This document shows, in pieces, positions 49,601 through 54,401 of a DNA stretch of 54,401 bases. The DNA is from Candidatus Iainarchaeum sp. (GTDB lineage Archaea > B1Sed10-29 > WALL01), in NCBI GenBank assembly GCA_021162685.1, contig JAGGYF010000002.1, positions 1-54,401 of the forward strand, written 5' to 3'. The notes beneath the pieces were generated by a model that saw nothing but the letters and a program-made list of their open reading frames with translations, searched no databases and was not told the DNA's origin. Each line of letters opens with the position of its first letter. Position 1 is the first letter of the stretch. The translations under genes were made by a program, and so were the position numbers.

Positions 49601-51259
49601 CTTTATCTCAGTATCAATCCCTCCTACAATTCTCTCTTGTGTGGGTATGTAATCATCATGCACAAGTTGTAATGTGTATTCAGCATCCTTTTGTAATACA
49701 AGTGTTACTTTTCCAGCAGATGTTGTTCCAGAATCCACAACTATGCCGTCTTCTATGGCAATTACTCTCACTCTGCTAATACCTATATTCGTAGAATTAT
49801 CCTTCACAACGATTGTGGTTGGGAAGCCTTCCTGCATGACCAGGTTTATGTCCTGTTGTGATAGTTGTGTCCTAAGTGGGCCAGTGGCATCTCTAAATCT
49901 TCCCAATGGGTCTTCTGCTCTTATATAATACCTCTGCCCCTCTGGAATATCTAGATACGCCTTTCCGTCTTCATCTGTTGTTGCCGGTTCAATCCCTTCT
50001 ATAGCTTTTCCCTGGGAGTCTACAACAGTTACAAGTATGCCCTCTAATGGATTCCCTTGACCGTCCTTTATTGTGACATATGTTGTATACGTCTTTGTTT
50101 CAATGGGTGGCTGAGGAGGGCAATTTGGCACATCTTGGGGACATGTATCGCACGTTTCTCCTATCTCCTGTATGTTATTTCCACAAACTGGTTGCTGCGA
50201 ACACTTAACATCCTGTGGGCAATTATCGCATGTCTCTCCTAGTTCAGCAATGCCATTCCCACAAACACCTGTTGTATTGCAACTGCTTCCAACATCCTCT
50301 GGGCAATTATCACAGTTCTCTCCAGGTTCAACTTCACCATTCCCACAAACAGCATTTTCTGGCAATCTCATATCCCTGCCGCAGACATCTGCATCCTTGC
50401 TATCTGGTACACCGTCTCCATCTATATCATCATCTTCAATATCTGGTATACCGTCATTATCATTGTCCATATCTTCTGAGTCCGGTACGCCGTCATTATC
50501 ACAGTCCATCATCCCTATATCTGATGTTTTCCTTGCAGGCAATGTTATTTGTCCTGTTCTATCAAGTTCCTCTTTAAGCTCTGAAACAGTCTCTGTTTTC
50601 CCATATCCTACGCATTGTATATCAATATCATAATCATCCAATAAGCAGGTATTCTCATCCAAAAATAATGTGTTCCCATCTATGCCCCATGTTATATCTA
50701 CTGCTTTTCCATCCTTATCAAATGCTCTTATCACACATCCCTCAAGTGTTCCATAGTCCTCTGCAACAAGTATCGCAGTGTAATACTCCTGCGCTATTGT
50801 GCTACATGCTTTTACTCCTAGTAAGCCTTCACATTCCATCTCTACTTCTACTTCTGTTCCTGCATCAATTGTTTTTCTCAATGTTTTGCATCCAGCATAC
50901 TTCACGACAAGGTCAATGCTTCCGAACCCCTCAAATGTTACTTTGCCTTCTTCATCTGTTTTTAATTCAAGTTCACTTCCATCTGGTAGTTTGGCAATAA
51001 CATCAGCATCAACGAGTGTGGTGTTCCCAAATTTCACAAGAACTACTGTTTCTGCGGGCTGCGGCTTTGCTCCTGTAATAGACATAGCAATGACCAAAAG
51101 CAATATGATAAAAATACCAACAACGAGTGGGAAGCTTGGCAACCCCAACCCTTCTATAGCATCTACTACCTTGTAAACAGGAATGCCCTTTGCATCAAGA
51201 GCATCAAGCACTCCGTAATACTTATCTTCTATTGCTTTATATGTTCCTTTTAGGTTCAT
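43631..51259 (-). CDS. Giant membrane-anchored surface protein, ~2542 aa, paralogue of 32665..43560
   Basis: GGTGA RBS before ATG 51259; same leader (VLDALDAKGIPVYKVVD); Asp-rich DxDxDG repeats; three CGNG...CPxDV repeats; shared scaffold motifs; Ig-like C-terminal domains. Confidence 0.88.
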   Translation of the reverse strand: MNLKGTYKAIEDKYYGVLDALDAKGIPVYKVVDAIEGLGLPSFPLVVGIFIILLLVIAMSITGAKPQPAETVVLVKFGNTTLVDADVIAKLPDGSELELKTDEEGKVTFEGFGSIDLVVKYAGCKTLRKTIDAGTEVEVEMECEGLLGVKACSTIAQEYYTAILVAEDYGTLEGCVIRAFDKDGKAVDITWGIDGNTLFLDENTCLLDDYDIDIQCVGYGKTETVSELKEELDRTGQITLPARKTSDIGMMDCDNDGVPDSEDMDNDNDGIPDIEDDDIDGDGVPDSKDADVCGRDMRLPENAVCGNGEVEPGENCDNCPEDVGSSCNTTGVCGNGIAELGETCDNCPQDVKCSQQPVCGNNIQEIGETCDTCPQDVPNCPPQPPIETKTYTTYVTIKDGQGNPLEGILVTVVDSQGKAIEGIEPATTDEDGKAYLDIPEGQRYYIRAEDPLGRFRDATGPLRTQLSQQDINLVMQEGFPTTIVVKDNSTNIGISRVRVIAIEDGIVVDSGTTSAGKVTLVLQKDAEYTLQLVHDDYIPTQERIVGGIDTEIKMQKIDESNSATVEVKAVNAKGIEEGMQGVRVQLMTLDDIVYRECVTPATGLCQFKKVLAGTYYFRALAPGKADYDEFETFDVEPGTPVRQVLKIVPLEVTIEVLTKVEGIPKKDVRVWLYETTYGDIEEIDNQRSGDNRKVVFNAYRGQKVFLKAKYTDEEGKTYGPTYTNVFDVTNNIETEINLREVKHEIGFTVPQNPKLEFVKEKMYETKLDIGLPYADPKKREPYKTITVELWVGDPGTKENPLRTPVVIGGIDPYIFSLQPKPIVKPYAFDSYSYDSYPTRGSIDTTSKYVKFVISDYDAGSYTITIPMFARKLAKGNTTVHYRAVWEEEDGTQIDSGWKETTIDIVDGDADWNIIETQDFNAYKAYFSEDPNAESGTNEVTLTQGSAIFLHIKAIASHESQNYAFAIDSFPPVTGQKYVVPMYYSGWIERINGNRTNIYETEYTNELPVSIRPGTEAPELYKVDTDDIVHLVITLKAREPTSLAEISIFNDLKNTLKFHIEEAPIEEQTSIPNVVARVKPMVYLCHYAPYTEGCSWAVFNESEMLPVMSLTKGARDMKIEITLKNKGEIDQEASLFVQAPGIEELEYPSEVTIGAGKKKVIEITGKGKDLHTSSVVIYLWKKGLPMQQPFKTINVGAADFVFRITPIDDEGNALSEQTLNTEVKDVRIDILEKTLSSSVGVPITSRIETDGIKNVVVLEAPGQTIYAPLYEGVEGTYFTTEAQSQPLVLDWGYLKVRAQSKSIGTLERSYEIHGTHFEPLPYSMKFVLDDKRQNITFDYATVTNNWEEELSLELETGTWEYYEEFGLSRKVVVYDANGFEITSKEKDKDGKISVKIPPRGKAILSITAIPPGVECNLYESKNRLVVTTDTRESHIERSAEYEMIFNCSFALGPEPEKPDLGTAFNVFREDKRDYKTTMDSCAVSDDTVYLCDAEQLSEAIGLAVSDLQQSHRIEDVRYYAFGNDIVTAKVLGEGSEESISVVSTEEEAGQNNVVLTKDITCGLVKLKLEKRQNDVIVLEPEIDRNVPWCNPQYGPYILGLMNYDDDLKGEPSTMDIVKYFSFSSSLTNEPLSSLKTEVSGFMPWDNFVGGAKDSDISDNQYAPFVIDYREYTIEDMKEETDQKLRWVRDKAVSNQLPNVAGYYRYNADYGLLQIGIVYSNADNLDFQRRCFITNLVAFWTGKENNIEIKGNGEQVFDLGECIEAEGWEIPTIESFVIDAIYDRDGNLLESPIYDANVTGNRNVQLRITTSDDAIACKVWNAEDEGSYWSFERVNEYNKETSDWEGNTLRIANWTLGGSDDGVYKIKATCKNIGGIWSPRAEKSIKLDATPPTVLSIVYPGATNETTVTISFNATDRFGVESCTAYRVCPTDLNEYTCTQTNNYTMPDGTIRYEFKCSGINLMPNKQVYNNYDCDIDGANMIKVNCTDTNGNTGTSDKIAVVRLEEGQPMIEWNYILGEFKGIRTGDILGDGSVCAPFNPEETHHVVEETGGMMCTDTSGPFYVNSPDVVIPIYVTSPNKISGCTIQAVNTQNTDANGKVSTEPLDCMPIEGNPYAQEYECHTMVSANEFLVAEGLNYLQISCSAIDENGNIQTTPRIIYIVVDTTPPVLELAFQQEGKSMDYSQGYGDAGCYAWDHADDSGRYIAYKGGLNKIEQDYVEDSDNTFSIQTIWGIDVYAGILDNLGTSHTFLPPMQFDDKEECSETMIVGVKVDGPRWVSGGSAVIVNGERKKIHDLDEQPIFSGNDKGWKRIIEITADDDQEHTYTITAEDKVGNTATMTLTIDKKKMYVCGAPKYNQNKWRDCSASKETTDICVSSILKDCCPLNDQQHCGIEGFMSSGDDCRWYTITKAWGGENGGSSTESGCYSRHNITVVNEGTCNQWRSIEFGEALTVKYMKVCLRKGGEELLEEEDKFYIKITPSTDELYTIWDSVSNWKSQETKCKEKSGNWNIKKILCQESSTTQGEWVGPKADYLDKMEVEMTLE

Positions 51260-51264
51260 GGATT

Positions 51265-54200
51265 TCACCTTTGTAATTCAATCTTTGTTATAACTACTTG
51301 GCAAGCAAAATCATCACATGCTGCAAAACAAGGTTCTAATACGCTACCTCCTGGTAGATAGTCAGATAGCCTAGATTCAGCAGCCTTCGCCCTGATGATG
51401 TACAACCCACCGCCTTTTAGTTCTGAGTGACATACCTCAAGTTCAAAAGGATCTGGAATAGCAAGTTCTGCAATACTCGTTACAGTCCCAGCAATAGGTA
51501 CTGCCTCTAATGCTCCAGTAGCAAGGTTTGCAAAGAATCTAGGATCTGATTGTCTGCACTGCGAGGCGTCTTGGACTCTCCATCCTACTCTCAACGCTTG
51601 AGGTGCAATCTTGACCAAACAAAATTTTAAGAAGAATTTCAAGTTTTCCAAGTTTCTTAAATTCCTGAGATTTTTAACAAAGGTTTTTCCCATCGTCTTC
51701 AAAAATTGCGACATCCTTGCCCCTTTACCAGCAGCCTGCGCACTCTTGAATGCGGTTTGCACTGTGCCGATTGTGAGCACATCCAATACGCCAGAACACA
51801 CTGCCTGACTTGCACATTCTGGGTTCCTAACAATCTTGTTCTCGTTTCTGTCCTGCCACTCCTGGTATTTTGAAATAATCCTATCCCAATTTACATCTCC
51901 AGTACCATCATAGTAGACAATTATGGTCACGCCATCTTCATCTAATTGATTATTACCTGCTTCATCCCTTACCTCCACAGAGCCGGGGATACCTTCATCA
52001 GCAAATCCTAGTTCTTCTATTTGCTCTTGGGAGTATCTATGTCTTACAATATTACATGCTCTTATGATCTCATCGGCAATGTTATCTGTGGTGAATTGGG
52101 GCATGTATCCATTAAGGGATTGATGTGCATTATCCTGCGTAAGATTTACATTGTTTACATCGTCTTTGCACTCTATCTCTATTTGCTTGTCTTTGGTCCA
52201 ATCAATTATTGCTATAGGTAGTGTTGGTTTTTCCATACCCTCAATTAACGTAGGAACACATGTTACATCTGCATATCTTGGGTTTTCACTACCAGTTGTC
52301 GTATCCAGCTTGCTTTGTACAGTACAGTCATATTCTGCGTCTGTAAAGTCTTGAAGTGCTATTCTTACCTTACAATTCTTTGTGCCTATCGGCGTGTACA
52401 GATCCTTTAGTGTAAAGAACATATTTGGGTCTTCCCTTCTTCTATTCTCATATTTAATAAATTCAAGGTATTTTTCCATGTTAAAGTTTTCTATGATGGG
52501 TCCTTCCTCATCCCATGTTGCTCTGAAACTCCTTGTGGCAGGCTGGCCTTGCTTGTCCTGGCATGTCACAGTTATGTTATTTACTGCATTCACTTGCAGA
52601 GGTAGTGGGCATGTGTATTCTATTTTTGTTGGGTCGCCTGTTGACAGCTCTCTTGGTGTGCATTCCCATTTTGGTGGTATTTTTGGGTTCGTTACATCAC
52701 TTCCATTCAGATTATTCCAGTGTTCATCATCATCCAAAAGTTCTCCAGTGTAATCCTTGTGCTTCCACCACTGAACAGATGCAGTGCAGGATTGCATGCC
52801 GTCCTCATCGCTTGCTACAAATATTAGGTTGAATAGTGATGTGTCTTCATCCAATTTCTTAACAGCACTGAATACAAAGTCCTTTCCGTTCTCGCTGAAT
52901 CTTACTGGATTTGCTTTCCCTTCCTCATCCCCTACTGTGTATAACTCACTCTGGTCTCCACACTTGGGGTCAAACCAGAACCTTGTTTGTTCTGCATCTG
53001 TTGTTGGGAATCCATTTGTGCTGAATATAAAGCTGTTCGGCAGTTCAAAATCCGGAAGTTCAGCACTCCATCTGTACACCTTTGTTGTGCCCATTGGTTT
53101 CTCAGTTCCAAACTCGTCCCTGCATTTAAGTTCAAGCTCAATATACTTGTTTGTTTCGCTGATATACGGACTGATGCAGGATATGTCTGCATTCCAGAAG
53201 TATAGGCCTCTTCCTTTGTCAGTTATGTAGCAGCACCCAGCATAGTTTTCATAGTTTTCTGTTGGTTCTGTATCTCCACATTCTGGTGCAGGTGGCAATG
53301 TTCCAGTCATTTGTTTTGGATAAAGCCAGCATTCGGAGAGCTTTGCATATCTTGACCTTGCTTTTATGAAGCCAGATTTTGGTATCCTCACATACGGCTC
53401 TCTTGTGTCTACAATATCAGGTAATGTCCTACCTATAAGTTCAATCCCGCTTGTATCCAATGTTATGGTATCCCTTGTTTTGTGTGATGGGATGCCTTCT
53501 TCAGATATACAGTACGCACCAACGAACTTCAGTCCAGAGCCCTCTGTTAGTGTGAATTCCTGGCCAAATATACCATATGCGTCTTCCTGGCTGGAATACT
53601 CCACAGGATACTTCTTCTGGCCTGTTTCCTCTCCATCTGGCTCTATGTTATATACTATACAGTATGATGCATTATTCTCAACCTTGATATTTACGTTTAC
53701 ATTCTGTGTTCCTGTTATGTCATAACTTAATACTTCCTGAGATTCATCTGTTTCACTCTGTTTGAATGAATACACGTAAAATTCAGATATCTCAGGCCCT
53801 TGTAGATTCACAACTTCGTCTGCATCAGCATCATCTATTGGTGAATAAATCATCTGATAATTCGGTGTGGATACGACCCATCCTTTGAGTGTGCCAGTTG
53901 TTACGAATTGCACAACTCTGGTGACAAATAGCGACCTGTACTGTTTCAGTTGTTCAACAGGAACATCATTCCTGTTGTAAACCAAGCCAAGGTAAACATC
54001 ATTCTTGTCGTCAATGGTGAAATATCCAATTACTGGCCTCCCAGCATTTTTGAACGAATTCATCGCAAATATGGGGCAGTATTCTCCTTCCCTCATCTCA
54101 CAGTCCCTATATTTTATGAACGCTTGGGCTTCTGTACCTGCTCTTGCGTTTACAATAGATCCTGCTGATAACCCTTTTGATTCATAACCAAACAATAAGC

Positions 54201-54401
54201 TTTCGTCCAGTACATTTCTCTGCGCGCTTAGTTGTATTGCCTCAACAAATGCCTGCGGATTGTAGCCTGATGTAAGATCAAAACTATAATACCTTCCGAA
54301 ATCAGGCCTCAATCCTTTGTCATAATTCAGCAATCCAATGAAATACGCAAACGAATCCTTGGAGCACCATGTCACCTTGTCCTGCAACACATTCTCTAAT
54401 G
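51265..54401 (-). CDS. Third giant paralogue, 5' end outside the window (>1041 aa)
   Basis: Frame is open to the window edge; WCSKDSFAYFIGLLNYDKGL matches WCNPQYGPYILGLMNYDDDL and WCDEGNYSFVIGAMNLDKDM of the other two giants. Confidence 0.85.
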   Translation of the reverse strand, partial: LENVLQDKVTWCSKDSFAYFIGLLNYDKGLRPDFGRYYSFDLTSGYNPQAFVEAIQLSAQRNVLDESLLFGYESKGLSAGSIVNARAGTEAQAFIKYRDCEMREGEYCPIFAMNSFKNAGRPVIGYFTIDDKNDVYLGLVYNRNDVPVEQLKQYRSLFVTRVVQFVTTGTLKGWVVSTPNYQMIYSPIDDADADEVVNLQGPEISEFYVYSFKQSETDESQEVLSYDITGTQNVNVNIKVENNASYCIVYNIEPDGEETGQKKYPVEYSSQEDAYGIFGQEFTLTEGSGLKFVGAYCISEEGIPSHKTRDTITLDTSGIELIGRTLPDIVDTREPYVRIPKSGFIKARSRYAKLSECWLYPKQMTGTLPPAPECGDTEPTENYENYAGCCYITDKGRGLYFWNADISCISPYISETNKYIELELKCRDEFGTEKPMGTTKVYRWSAELPDFELPNSFIFSTNGFPTTDAEQTRFWFDPKCGDQSELYTVGDEEGKANPVRFSENGKDFVFSAVKKLDEDTSLFNLIFVASDEDGMQSCTASVQWWKHKDYTGELLDDDEHWNNLNGSDVTNPKIPPKWECTPRELSTGDPTKIEYTCPLPLQVNAVNNITVTCQDKQGQPATRSFRATWDEEGPIIENFNMEKYLEFIKYENRRREDPNMFFTLKDLYTPIGTKNCKVRIALQDFTDAEYDCTVQSKLDTTTGSENPRYADVTCVPTLIEGMEKPTLPIAIIDWTKDKQIEIECKDDVNNVNLTQDNAHQSLNGYMPQFTTDNIADEIIRACNIVRHRYSQEQIEELGFADEGIPGSVEVRDEAGNNQLDEDGVTIIVYYDGTGDVNWDRIISKYQEWQDRNENKIVRNPECASQAVCSGVLDVLTIGTVQTAFKSAQAAGKGARMSQFLKTMGKTFVKNLRNLRNLENLKFFLKFCLVKIAPQALRVGWRVQDASQCRQSDPRFFANLATGALEAVPIAGTVTSIAELAIPDPFELEVCHSELKGGGLYIIRAKAAESRLSDYLPGGSVLEPCFAACDDFACQVVITKIELQR

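Noticed and set aside
32665-54401. Diversity-generating retroelement acting on the giant-gene tips
   Set aside because: No reverse transcriptase and no template/variable repeat pair with adenine-specific mismatches is visible in the window.
51265-54401. Fusexin/HAP2-like fusogen call
   Set aside because: I could not identify family-specific motifs by eye; only a generic amphipathic tip is supported.

Overview
Archaeal chromosomal window, most consistent with a DPANN-type lineage. The basis is archaeal tRNAs without encoded CCA (one with a canonical 37/38 intron), a family-B DNA polymerase carrying an intein, type II Map, pyrBI, GGTG/GGAGG ribosome-binding sites and many small orphans; the taxonomy is inference. 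Left part (1-21 kb): a truncated AAA/DUF4143-type ATPase, four tRNAs (Glu-CTC, Val-CAC, Gln-CTG, Arg-TCG), a 1,073-aa surface protein, an MFS transporter, a processive GT2 plus thioredoxin-like pair, pyrBI, an RHH/RelE pair, map, polB with a 412-aa intein, and a HerA/DUF853-like protein whose ATPase motifs are degenerate. Middle (20.7-24.3 kb): a tight cluster of eight small membrane proteins that fall into two paralogue families. At 25.2-32.1 kb lies a ~6.9-kb island (two MNT-HEPN pairs, an AbiE-like pair, AlkA, pRiA4b-ORF3, a frameshifted ATPase) bounded by an imperfect direct repeat of a gene 3' end. Right part (32-54 kb): a co-oriented run of three giant paralogous surface proteins (3631 aa, ~2542 aa, >1041 aa) and a 134-aa mini-paralogue. 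The two complete giants and the mini-paralogue share an unusual N-terminal 'DALDxKGIP' leader; the three giants share a scaffold with swapped or nested modules and different C-terminal tips. The best candidate for an undescribed system is these giant proteins together with the small-membrane-protein cluster and the pseudo-HerA. They may form a surface attachment/export apparatus whose genes were separated by the island; this is inference and has not been tested by database search.
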